Shown here: in pieces, positions 45,701 through 59,280 of the stretch
Numbering within the stretch: position 1 is the first letter of the stretch
Layout of the letters: each line of letters starts with the position of its first letter
NCBI GenBank assembly: GCA_030390025.1
Contig: CM059438.1
Location: 59,708,001 to 59,772,000 of the forward strand
Direction: 5' to 3'
Origin: Squalus acanthias
Taxonomy: Eukaryota
Length of the DNA stretch: 64,000 nt
Program-made: the position numbers and the translations under genes
The notes under the pieces: model-generated
What the model was told of the DNA's origin: nothing
What the model saw: only the letters and a program-made list of their open reading frames with translations
Databases searched by the model: none

Positions 45701-48700
45701 CAGATACTGACTGGGGAATACACACAGATACTGACTGGGGAATACACACAGATACTGACTGGGGAATACACACAGATACTGACTGGGGAATACACACAGA
45801 TACTGACTGGGGAATACACACAGATACTGACTGGGGAATACACACAGATACTGACTGGGGAATACACACAGATACTGACTGGGGAATACACACAGATACT
45901 GACTGGGGAATACACACAGATACTGACTGGGGAATACACACAGATACTGACTGGGGAATACACACAGATACTGACTGGGGAATACACACAGATACTGACT
46001 GGGGAATACACACAGATACTGACTGGGGAATACACACAGATACTGACTGGGGAATACACACAGATACTGACTGGGGAATACACACAGATACTGACTGGGG
46101 AATACACACAGATACTGACTGGGGAATACACACAGATACTGACTGGGGAATACACACAGATACTGACTGGGGAATACACACAGATACTGACTGGGGAATA
46201 CACACAGATACTGACTGGGGAATACACACAGATACTGACTGGGGAATACACACAGATACTGACTGGGGAATACACACAGATACTGACTGGGGAATACACA
46301 CAGATACTGACTGGGGAATACACACAGATACTGACTGGGGAATACACACAGATACTGACTGGGGAATACACACAGATACTGACTGGGGAATACACACAGA
46401 TACTGACTGGGGAATACACACAGATACTGACTGGGGAATACACACAGATACTGACTGGGGAATACACACAGATACTGACTGGGGAATACACACAGATACT
46501 GACTGGGGAATACACACAGATACTGACTGGGGAATACACACAGATACTGACTGGGGAATACACACAGATACTGACTGGGGAATACACACAGATACTGACT
46601 GGGGAATACACACAGATACTGACTGGGGAATACACACAGATACTGACTGGGGAATACACACAGATACTGACTGGGGAATACACACAGATACTGACTGGGG
46701 AATACACACAGATACTGACTGGGGAATACACACAGATACTGACTGGGGAATACACACAGATACTGACTGGGGAATACACACAGATACTGACTGGGGAATA
46801 CACACAGATACTGACTGGGGAATACACACAGATACTGACTGGGGAATACACACAGATACTGACTGGGGAATACACACAGATACTGACTGGGGAATACACA
46901 CAGATACTGACTGGGGAATACACACAGATACTGACTGGGGAATACACACAGATACTGACTGGGGAATACACACAGATACTGACTGGGGAATACACACAGA
47001 TACTGACTGGGGAATACACACAGATACTGACTGGGGAATACACACAGATACTGACTGGGGAATACACACAGATACTGACTGGGGAATACACACAGATACT
47101 GACTGGGGAATACACACAGATACTGACTGGGGAATACACACAGATACTGACTGGGGAATACACACAGATACTGACTGGGGAATACACACAGATACTGACT
47201 GGGGAATACACACAGATACTGACTGGGGAATACACACAGATACTGACTGGGGAATACACACAGATACTGACTGGGGAATACACACAGATACTGACTGGGG
47301 AATACACACAGATACTGACTGGGGAATACACACAGATACTGACTGGGGAATACACACAGATACTGACTGGGAAATACACACAGATACTGACTGGGGAATA
47401 CACACAGATACTGACTGGGGAATACACACAGATACTGACTGGGGAATACACACAGATACTGACTGGGGAATACACACAGATACTGACTGGGGAATACACA
47501 CAGATACTGACTGGGGAATACACACAGATACTGACTGGGGAATACACACAGATACTGACTGGGGAATACACACAGATACTGACTGGGGAATACACACAGA
47601 TACTGACTGGGGAATACACACAGATACTGACTGGGGAATACACACAGATACTGACTGGGGAATACACACAGATACTGACTGGGGAATACACACAGATACT
47701 GACTGGGGAATACACACAGATACTGACTGGGGAATACACACAGATACTGACTGGGGAATACACACAGATACTGACTGGGGAATACACACAGATACTGACT
47801 GGGGAATACACACAGATACTGACTGGGGAATACACACAGATACTGACTGGGGAATACACACAGATACTGACTGGGGAATACACACAGATACTGACTGGGG
47901 AATACACACAGATACTGACTGGGGAATACACACAGATACTGACTGGGAATACACACAGATACTGACTGGGGAATACACACAGATACTGACTGGGGAATAC
48001 ACACAGATACTGACTGGGGAATACACACAGATACTGACTGGGGAATACACACAGATACTGACTGGGGAATACACACAGATACTGACTGGGGAATACACAC
48101 AGATACTGACTGGGGAATACACACAGATACTGACTGGGGAATACACACAGATACTGACTGGGGAATACACACAGATACTGACTGGGGAATACACACAGAT
48201 ACTGACTGGGGAATACACACAGATACTGACTGGGGAATACACACAGATACTGACTGGGGAATACACACAGATACTGACTGGGGAATACACACAGATACTG
48301 ACTGGGGAATACACACAGATACTGACTGGGGAATACACACAGATACTGACTGGGGAATACACACAGATACTGACTGGGGAATACACACAGATACTGACTG
48401 GGGAATACACACTGATACTGACTGGGGAATACACACAGATACTGACTGGGGAATACACACAGATACTGACTGGGGAATACACACAGATACTGACTGGGGA
48501 ATACACACAGATACTGACTGGGGGAATACACACAGATACTGACTGAGGAATACACACAGATACTGACTGGGGAATACACACAGATACTGACTGGGGAATA
48601 CACACAGATACTGACTGGGGAATACACACAGATACTGACTGGGGAATACACACAGATACTGACTGGGGAATACACACAGATACTGACTGGGGAATACACA

Positions 48701-51700
48701 CAGATACTGACTGGGGAATACAGACAGATACTGACTGGGGAATACACACAGATACTGACTGGGGAAATACACACAGATACTGACTGGGGAATACACACAG
48801 ATACTGACTGGGAATACACACAGATACTGACTGGGGAATACACACAGATACTGACTGGGGAATACACACTGATACTGACTGGGGAATACACACAGATACT
48901 GACTGGGAATACACACAGATACTGACTGGGGAATACACACAGATACTGACTGGGGAATACACACAGATACTGACTGGGGAATACACACAGATACTGACTG
49001 GGGAATACACACAGATACTGACTGGGGAATACACACAGATACTGACTGGGGAATACACACAGATACTGACTGGGGAATACACACAGATACTGACTGGGGA
49101 ATACACACAGATACTGACTGGGGAATACACACAGATACTGACTGGGAATACACACAGATACTGACTGGGGAATACACACAGATACTGACTGGGGAATACA
49201 CACAGATACTGACTGGGGAATACACTCAGATACTGACTGGGGAATACACACAGATACTGACTGGGGAATACACACAGATACTGACTGGGGAATACACACA
49301 GATACTGACTGGGGAATACACACAGATACTGACTGGGGAATACACACAGATACTGACTGGGGAATACACACAGATACTGACTGGGGAATACACACAGATA
49401 CTGACTGGGAATACACACAGATACTGACTGGGGAATACACACAGATACTGACTGGGGAATACACACAGATACTGACTGGGGAATACACAGCAGATACTGA
49501 CTGGGGAATACACACAGATACTGACTGGGAATACACACAGATACTGACTGGGGAATACACACAGATACTGACTGGGGAATACACACAGATACTGACTGGG
49601 GAATACACACAGATACTGACTGGGAATACACACAGATACTGACTGGGGAATACACACAGATACTGACTGGGGAATACACACAGATACTGACTGGGGAATA
49701 CACACAGATACTGACTGGGGAATACACACAGATACTGACTGGGGAATACACACAGATACTGACTGGGGAATACACACAGATACTGACTGGGGAATACACA
49801 CAGATACTGACTGGGGAATAAACACAGATACTGACTGGGGAATACACACAGATACTGACTGGGGAATACACACAGATACTGACTGGGGAATACACACAGA
49901 TACTGACTGGGGAATACACACAGATACTGACTGGGGAATACACACAGATACTGACTGGGGAATACACACAGATACTGACTGGGGAATACACACAGATACT
50001 GACTGGGGAATACACACAGATACTGACTGGGGAATACACACAGATACTGACTGGGGAATACACACAGATACTGACTGGGGAATACACAGAGATACTGACT
50101 GGGGAATACACACAGATACTGACTGGGGAATACACACAGATACTGACTGGGGAATACACACAGATACTGACTGGGAATACACACAGATACTGACTGGGGA
50201 ATACACACAGATACTGACTGGGGAATACACACAGATACTGACTGGGGAATACACACAGATACTGACTGGGGAATACACACAGATACTGACTGGGGAATAC
50301 ACACAGATACTGACTGGGAATACACACAGATACTGACTGGGGAATACACACAGATACTGACTGGGGAATAAACGCAGATACTGACTGGGGAATACACACA
50401 GATACTGACTGGGGAATACACACAGATACTGACTGGGGAATACACACAGATACTGACTGGGGAATACACACAGATACTGACTGGGGAATACACACAGATA
50501 CTGACTGGGGAATACACACAGATACTGACTGGGGAATACACACAGATACTGACTGGGGAATAAACACAGATACTGACTGGGGAATACACACAGATACTGA
50601 CTGGGGAATACACACAGATACTGACTGGGAATACACACAGATACTGACTGGGGAATACACACAGATACTGACTGGGGAATACACACAGATACTGACTGGG
50701 GAATACACACAGATACTGACTGGGGAATACACACAGATACTGACTGGGGAATACACACAGATACTGACTGGGGAATAAACACAGATACTGACTGGGGAAT
50801 ACACACAGATACTGACTGGGTATAAACGCAGATACTGACTGGGGAATACACACAGATACTGACTGGGGAATACACACAGATACTGACTGGGGAATACACA
50901 CAGATACTGACTGGGGAATACACACAGATACTGACTGGGGAATACACACAGATACTGACTGGGTAATACACACAGATACTGACTGGGGAATACACACAGA
51001 TACTGACTGGGGAATACACACAGATACTGACTGGGGAATACACACAGATACTGACTGGGTAATACACACAGATACTGACTGGGAATACACACAGATACTG
51101 ACTGGGAATAAACACAGATACTGACTGGGGAATACACACAGATACTGACTGGGGAATACACACAGATACTGACTGGGGAATACACACAGATACTGACTGG
51201 GGAATACACTCAGATACTGACTGGGGAATACACACAGATACTGACTGGGGAATACACACAGATACTGACTGGGGAATACACACAGATACTGACTGGGGAA
51301 TACACACAGATACTGACTGGGGAATACACACAGATACTGACTGGGAATACACAGATACTGACTGGGGAATACACACAGATACTGACTGGGGAATACACAC
51401 AGATACTGACTGGGGAATACACACAGATACTGACTGGGAATACACACAGATACTGACTGGGGAATACACACAGATACTGACTGGGGAATACACACAGATA
51501 CTGACTGGGGAATACACACAGATACTGACTGGGGAATACACACAGATACTGACTGGGAATACACACAGATACTGACTGGGGAATACACACAGATACTGAC
51601 TGGGGAATACACACAGATACTGACTGGGGAATAACACAGATACTGACTGGGGAATACACACAGATACTGACTGGGGAATACACACAGATACTGACTGGGG

Positions 51701-54700
51701 AATACACACAGATACTGACTGGGGAATAAACACAGATACTGACTGGGGAATATACAGCAGATACTGACTGGGGAATACACACAGATACTGACTGGGGAAT
51801 ACACACAGATACTGACTGGGGAATACACACAGGATACTGACTGGGGAATACACACAGATACTGACTGGGGAATACACACAGATACTGACTGGGAATACAC
51901 ACAGATACTGACTGGGGAATACACACAGATACTGACTGGGGAATACACACAGATACTGACTGGGGAATACACAGCAGATACTGACTGGGGAATAAACACA
52001 GATACTGACTGGGGAATACACACAGATACTGACTGGGTAATACACACAGATACTGACTGGGGAATACACACAGATACTGACTGGGGAATACACACAGATA
52101 CTGACTGGGGAATACACACAGATACTGACTGGGGAATACACACAGATACTGACTGGGAATACACACAGATACTGACTGGGGTAATACACACAGATACTGA
52201 CTGGGGAATACACACAGATACTGACTGGGGAATACACACAGATACTGACTGGGAATAAACACAGATACTGACTGTGGAATACACACGATACTGGACTGGG
52301 TAATACACACAGATACTGACTGGGGAATACACACAGATACTGACTGGGGAATACACACAGATACTGACTGGGGAATACACACAGATACTGACTGGGGAAT
52401 ACACACAGATACTGACTGGGGACGATACACAGATACTGACTGTGGGAAATACACACAGATACTGACTGGGGAATAACACAGATACTGACTGGGGAATACA
52501 CACAGATACTGACTTGGGAATACACACAGATACTGACTGGGAATACCAGCAGATAATGACTGGGAATTACACACAGACACTGACTTGGGATTACACCACA
52601 GATACTGACTGGGGAATACACACAGATACTACTCTGGGAATAGACACAGATACTGACTGGGAATACACACAGATACTGACTGGGAATCACACAGATACTG
52701 ACTCGGGAATACACACAGATACTGACTGGGAATAAACACAGATACTGACTGGGAAATACCCACTGATACTGACTGGGGAATACACACAGATACTGACTGG
52801 GGAATACACACAGATACTGACTGTGGAATACACACAGATACTGACTGGGGAATAAACGCAGATACTGACTGGGTAATACACACAGATACTGACTGGGAAT
52901 ACACACAGATACTGACTGGGTAATACACACAGATACTGACTGGGAATACACACAGATACTGACTGGGGAATACACACAGATACTGACTGGGGAATACACA
53001 CAGATACTGACTGGGTAATACACACAGATACTGACTGGGGAATACACACAGATACTGACTGGGGAATACACACAGATACTGACTGGGGAATACACACAGA
53101 TACTGACTGGGGAATACACACAGATACTGACTGGGGAATACACACAGATACTGACTGGGGAATACACACAGATACTGACTGGGAATACACACAGATACTG
53201 ACTGGGGAATACACACAGATACTGACTGGGGAATAAACACAGATACTGACTGGGGAATACACACAGATACTGACTGGGGAATACACACAGATACTGACTG
53301 GGGAATACACACAGATACTGACTGGGGAATACACACAGATACTGACTGGGGAATACACACAGATACTGACTGGGGAATACACACAGATACTGACTGGGGA
53401 ATACACGCAGATACTGACTGGGGAATACACACAGATACTGACTGGGGAATACACACAGATACTGACTGGGAATACACACAGATACTGACTGGGGAATACA
53501 CACAGATACTGACTGGGTATAAATGCAGATACTGACTGGGGAATAAACACAGATACTGACTGGGAATACACACAGATACTGACTGGGTATAAACACAGAT
53601 ACTGACTGGGGAATACACACAGATACTGACTGGGGAATACACACAGATACTGACTGGGGAATACACACAGATACTGACTGGGGAATAAACACAGATACTG
53701 ACTGGGGAATACACACAGATACTGACTGGGTAATACACACAGATACTGACTGGGGAATACACACAGATACTGACTGGGGAATACACACAGATACTGACTG
53801 GGGAATACACACAGATACTGACTGGGAATAAACACAGATACTGACTGGGTATAAACGCAGATACTGACTGGGTAATAAACACAGATACTGACTGGGGAAT
53901 ACACACAGATACTGACTGGGAATACACACAGATACTGACTGGGTAATACACACAGATACTGACTGGGTATAAACGCAGATACTGACTGGGGAATAAACAC
54001 AGATACTGACTGGGGAATACACACAGATACTGACTGGGTATAAACGCAGATACTGACTGGGGAATACACACAGATACTGACTGGAATAAACACAGATACT
54101 GACTGGGAATACACACAGATACTGACTGGGGAATACACACAGATACTGACTGGGGAATACACACAGATACTGACTGGGGAATACACACAGATACTGACTG
54201 GGGAATACACACAGATACTGACTGGGGAATACACACAGATACTGACTGGGTAATAACACAGATACTGACTGGGGAATACACACAGATACTGACTGGGGAA
54301 TACACACAGATACTGACTGGGGAATACACACAGATACTGACTGGGAATACACACAGATACTGACTGGGGAATACACACAGATACTGACTGGGGAATAAAC
54401 GCAGATACTGATTGGGGAATTCACACAGATACTGACTGGGGAATACACACAGATACTGACTGGGTAATAAACGCAGATGCTGACTGTGTAATACACACAG
54501 ATACTGACTGGGGAATACACACAGATACTGACTGGGGAATAAACGCAGATACTGACTGGGTAATACACACAGATACTGACTGGGAAATGCACACGGATAC
54601 TGACTGGGTAATACACACAGATACTGACTGTGGAATAAACGCAGATACTGATTGGGGAATACACACAGATACTGACTGGGGAATACACACAGATGCTGAC

Positions 54701-55654
54701 TGGGTAATAAACGCAGATACTGACTGGGTAATACACACAGATACTGACTGCGGAATACACACAGATACTGACTGGGGAATACACACAGATACTGACTGGG
54801 GAATACACACAGATACTGACTGGGGAATAAACACAGATACTGACTGGGGAATAAACACAGATACTGATTGGGGAATAAACACAGATACTGACTGGGTAAT
54901 AAACGCAGATACTGATTGGGGAATACACACTGTTACTGACTGGGGAATACACACAGATACTTACTGGGGCATAGACAGAGATATTGACTGGGGAATACAC
55001 ACAGATACTGACTGGGGAATAAACACAGATACTGACTGGTGAATAAACACAGATACTGATTGGGGAATAAACACAGATACTGACTGGGTAATAAACGCAG
55101 ATACTGACTGGGGAATGCACACAGACACTGATTGGGGAATACACACTGTTACTGACTGGGGAATACACACAGATACTTACTGGGGCATAGACACAGATAT
55201 TGACTGGTGAATACACACAGATAATGACTGAGTAATATACACAGATACTGACTAGGGAATACACACAGATACTGACTGGGTAATATACACAGATACTGAC
55301 TGGGTAATATACACAGATACTGACTGGGCAATGCACACAGATACTGACTGGGGAATACACACAGATACTGACTGGGCAATGCACACAGATACTGACTGGG
55401 GAATACACACAGATACTGACTGAGGAATACACACACACTGACTGGGGAATACACACAGATACTGACTGGGTAATATACACAGATACTGACTGGGTAATAT
55501 ACACAGATACTGACTGGGCAATGCACACAGATACTGACTGGGGAATACACACAGATACTGACTGGGCAATGCACACAGATACTGACTGGGGAATACACAC
55601 AGATACTGACTGAGGAATACACACACACTGACTGGGGAATACACACAGATTCTG
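24716..55654 (+). repeat. 24-bp satellite, main array part 2 (~1,290 units)
   Basis: Same unit. Homogeneous multi-kb tracts alternate with indel-rich patches, and recurrent variants increase toward the right edge (52-55.6 kb). Confidence 0.99.
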
Positions 55655-55658
55655 ATGA

Positions 55659-55730
55659 CAATGACAACAACAACAACAACTTGCATTTATGTAGTGCCTT
55701 TAACGTGATTAAAAGTTCCCAAAGCGCTTG
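55659..55730 (-). mobile_element. 3' tail fragment of an L2-related LINE/SINE with a (TTG)n tail
   Basis: (CAA)n followed by cttgcatttatgtagtgcctttaacgt...cccaaagcgct. This resembles L2-type 3' ends as I recall them; family not verified. Confidence 0.6.
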
Positions 55731-55819
55731 GGATGTAATATACATCAGTGCTTATTTGGGAGTAATACAAACCGATACTGACTCGGGAGTATATCTGACT
55801 TGTTATTAAGTTAGTAATT

Positions 55820-56170
55820 CATTTATTAGTCAGATTCTGATGGGTTTATTGTTGTTATTGATAGGTTTATTAGTCAGACACTGACGGGTTTATTGTTAAG
55901 TTATCGATAGGTTTATTAGTCAGACACTGACGGGTTTATTGTTAAGTTATCGATAGGTTTATTAGTCAGATACTGACGGGTTTATTGTTAAGTAATCGAT
56001 AGGTTTATTAGTCAGACACTGACGGGTTTATTGTTAAGTTATCGATAGGTTTATTAGTCAGACACTGACGGGTTTATTGTTAAGTTATCGATAGGTTTAT
56101 TAGTCAGATACTGACGGGTTTATTGTTAAGTTATCGATAGGTTTATTAGTCAGATACTGACGGGTTTGTT
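55820..56170. repeat. 46-bp minisatellite (~7-8 copies)
   Basis: Unit AGGTTTATTAGTCAGAYACTGACGGGTTTATTGTTAAGTTATCGAT; copies start at 55863, 55909, and so on. Confidence 0.95.
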
Positions 56171-56180
56171 ATACTGCCAG

Positions 56181-56284
56181 CAGCACCAACTTCTGCGAAG
56201 GAAGAGAAGAAAAAAACGCATCGTCATTGCCCCAAAAAGAAGGACCCAAAACTGAAAAAGGCCGAACGAAGCCCATGCGAGTAG
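56181..56284 (+). CDS. Candidate terminal coding exon of an unidentified host gene (Lys-rich C-terminus)
   Basis: A NAGNAG acceptor (tttgttatactgccAG cAG) precedes APTSAKEEKKKTHRHCPKKKDPKLKKAERSPCE-TAG, with AATAAA at 56377-56382. I recognise no homology. Confidence 0.25.
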
Positions 56285-56655
56285 TGGTAGAGTTCAAAGC
56301 CATTAAGGTAGTAGGATGAGCACCTTCCTGCTACTGCAAAGCAAGGAACGAATGTATGGCATCGAGGCATTTAGGCAATAAAGCTTCATTGAACCATATA
56401 GATCTTTATGTGTCTTTAGTGAATGTAAGATAATCCCAGCTACTTCTGAGCAAATACGTACTGACAGAATATTATCCTGTTACTGACCGCACATAAATAT
56501 TTATGATACAAAACCCTAAGCGTCAGCAGACAGAAAACGCAATGGCTGAGTGGGGCTGATTGTGGTTCCATTGAGATAGATAGGCCCGTGTTCCTTTTCT
56601 GACTAACATTCACTACGTAGGACTGCACGCTTCAAACAAAATGATGAATGTCTTT

Positions 56656-56748
56656 CAGGGCCATCGACCCGAATCGTTAACTCTGTTTCTCTCTCCATGA
56701 TGCTGCCTGACCTGCTGGGTGTTTCCAGCATTTTCTGTTGTTGTTTTT
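56656..56748 (+). mobile_element. Short Penelope-like terminal repeat fragment
   Basis: gggccatcgacccgaatcgttaactctgtttctctctcc...gatgctgcctgacctgctg...tttccagcattttctg resembles an abundant chondrichthyan short repeat, recognised from memory and not verified. Confidence 0.5.
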
Positions 56749-57188
56749 GAATGTCTGTCAGTCTGGCTTTGAGGGGCACTTGCTGGGTAAACAGGCTTCA
56801 TGTGATCACTGACAGGCACCAATACCACACCGTGAAAAGCCGGCAGGAGGCCCAGAAACAAATGCTAAAATGCAACTGTGAACGCTGCGAATAGTCGAGG
56901 CCTGGGGAAGAACTGATCACTCTTCTTGGCTGAAATCAGGCGCTAAGTGGGTGTCGTGCTAATAAGACATGCCTGTTTAAAACTCTGGTTTTAGCCCGCA
57001 ATTTTGGGGCCGAATGCTGATTACCATGATTTAAACGTGCCTGGAGGTGCTAAACCGGAGACCTGCATGTTTAGCACTCTAGCGTGGATTAGGAGCAATA
57101 GTCCTGGAGCAGTACATGTAGCTTCCACACACGCACTTCCACTGAAGGTGTGGAGTGTATTGGCTGACAGACAGCAGCACGTATCAGG

Positions 57189-57278
57189 ATGGCTCAGGGA
57201 CTGAGGGAGAGGACGCAAAGGTTCACAGAGATGGCACTGGCGGTCCTGGTGGAGGAGGTACAGCGGAGGAAGGATATC
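57189..57278 (+). pseudogene. N-terminal fragment of a Harbinger-type Myb/SANT-like gene, truncated by a CR1 tail
   Basis: MAQGLRERTQRFTEMALAVLVEEVQRRKDI aligns by eye with RQKAAHRFSDASWEILLQGVRARRDI in ORF 59281..59712. Confidence 0.65.
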
Positions 57279-58999
57279 ATAAGAATATAAGAACATAAGA
57301 AATAGGAACAGGAGTAGGCCATTCGGCCCATCGAGCCTGCTCCCCATTCAATAAGATCATGGCTGATCTTCTACCTCAACTCCAATTTCCTGCACTATCC
57401 CCATATCCCTTGATTTCCTTAACATCTACAAATCTATCGATCACTGTCTTGAATATACTCAATGACTGAGCCTCCACAGCCCTCTGGGGTAGAGAATTCC
57501 AAAGATTTCCAATCCTTTGAGTGAAGAAATCTCTCCTCATCTCAGTCCTAAATGTCCAACCCCTTATTCTGAGACTGTGACCCCTAGTTCTAGTCTCCCC
57601 AGCTAGGGGAAACAACCTCCCAGCATCTACCCTGTCAAGCCCCTTAAGAATTTTATATTTTTCAATGAGATCACCTCTCATTCTTCTAAACTCAAGGGAA
57701 TATAGGCCTAGTCTGCTTAATCTCTCCTCATAGAACAATCCCCCCATCCCAGAAATCAGTCTGGTGAACCTTCGTTGCACTCCCTCTAAGGCAAGTATAT
57801 CGTTCCTTAGGTAAGGAGACCAAAACTGTACACAGTACTCCAGGTGTGGTCTCACCAAGGCCCTGTATAATTGCAGTAAGACTGCTTTACTCTTATACTC
57901 CAATCCCTAACATACCATTTGCTTTCCTAATTGCTTGCTGTACCTGCAAGTTAACTTTCTGTGATTCGTGTCCAAGGACACCCAAGTCCCTCTGAATACC
58001 AACATTTCCCAATCTCTCACCTTTTAAAAAATATTCTGCTTTTCTATTTTTCCAACCAAAGTGCATAACTTCCCATTTCCCCACATTATATTCCATCTGC
58101 CACGTTCTTGCCCACTCACTTAACCTGTCTCTATCCCTTTGCAGGTTCTTTGCATCCTCCTCACAGCTTATTTTCCCACCAAGGTTTGTATTGTTAGCAA
58201 ACTTGGATACATTACACTCGGCCGCCTCATCTAAGTCATTAATATAGATTGTAAATAGCTGAGGCCCCAGCACTGATCCTTGCGGTACCCCACTCGTTAC
58301 AGCCTGCCAACCCGAAAATGACCCGTTTATCCCTATTCTCTGTTTTCTATCCGTTAACCAATCCTCAATCCGTGCTAATATATTATCCCCAACCTCATGA
58401 GCCCTAATTTCATGTAATAACCTCTTGTGTGGCACCTTATTAAATGCTTTTTGAAAATCCAAATATACCACATCCACTGGTTCCCCCTTATTTACCCTGC
58501 CAGTTACATCCTCAAAAAAACACTAACAGATTTGTCAAACACGATTTCCCTTTCATAAATCTGTGATTACTCTGCCCAATCATATTATGATTTTCTAAAT
58601 GCCCTGTTACCACCTCCCTAATAATAGATTCTAACAATTTCCCTATAACTGATGTCAGGCTAACTGGCCTGTAGTTTCCTGTTTTCTCACTCCCTCCTTT
58701 CTTGAATAGCGGGATTACATTTGCTACCTTCCAGTCTGCGGGGGCCATTCTAAAATCTAGGCAATTCTGGAAGATCAAAACCAACGCATCCACTATCTCT
58801 GTAGACACCTCTTTTAAAACCCTAGGATGTAGGCCAGCAGGTCCTGGGGATTTGTCAGCTTTTAGTCCCATTAATTTCTCCAGTACTATTTCTTTACTAA
58901 TACTGATTTCTTTAAGTTCCTCATTCTCACTCGAACCTTGGTTCCCCACTATTTCCGGAATGTTTTTTGTGTCTTTTTCTGTGAAGACAGATATAAAAA
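57279..58999 (-). mobile_element. CR1 LINE C: 3' 1.7 kb (RT, C-terminus, 3'UTR, tail)
   Basis: ORFs 58512..59102, 57893..58477 and 57376..57903 (KSPGP, GVPQGSVLGP, FANN for FADD, VRPHLEYC). (TTCTTATG)-type tail at ~57279-57300. Closely related to CR1 B. Confidence 0.95.
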
Positions 59000-59280
59000 G
59001 GGCTGAATTTTTAACTTTGCGTGTGGATGGCAGCAGGGTGGGGGTGGGGGGAGGGGGGGGCTGAGAGGGGCGGAGGAGGCTGTGGAGTGCACTGGGAACC
59101 AAAAGTTGGAAGTTTTAACGAAGCCACTGCAGCTGAATCAGAATTCCAATTAACTGGAGCGGATCCAGTGACGTCACGGATGACTCTATTTCATCTGAGC
59201 TCGTTAAAGGAGCAATGCGCAGACATCACTTGAAGGCTGGTGGAGGTGGAAGCCAGGTTGTGAGAGAAGTGAGCTGATTC

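Noticed and set aside
476..55654. CRISPR array
   Set aside because: Units are head-to-tail with no unique spacers, there are no cas genes, and the context is eukaryotic.
9008..55654. Telomeric repeat or immunoglobulin switch-like region
   Set aside because: No TTAGGG; the array is internal and flanked by transposons; the unit has TGGGG but lacks AGCT motifs, and no Ig exons are seen.
9008..55654. Strong G-quadruplex array
   Set aside because: GGGG runs are separated by 20-nt loops, well beyond canonical G4 spacing; not supportable from sequence alone.
8937..55745. Giant ORFs of 400-3,762 aa as real proteins
   Set aside because: They are translations of a 24-bp tandem unit in overlapping frames, switch frame at indels, and some run through N gaps; no domain content.
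57047..57077. 9-bp inverted repeat GTGCTAAAC...GTTTAGCAC
   Set aside because: Too short and isolated to distinguish from chance or a transposon subterminal palindrome.
58512..59102. Proline-rich N-terminus fused to an RT-linker ORF
   Set aside because: The Pro-rich part is the antisense of the Harbinger left end read across the TIR into CR1 C.
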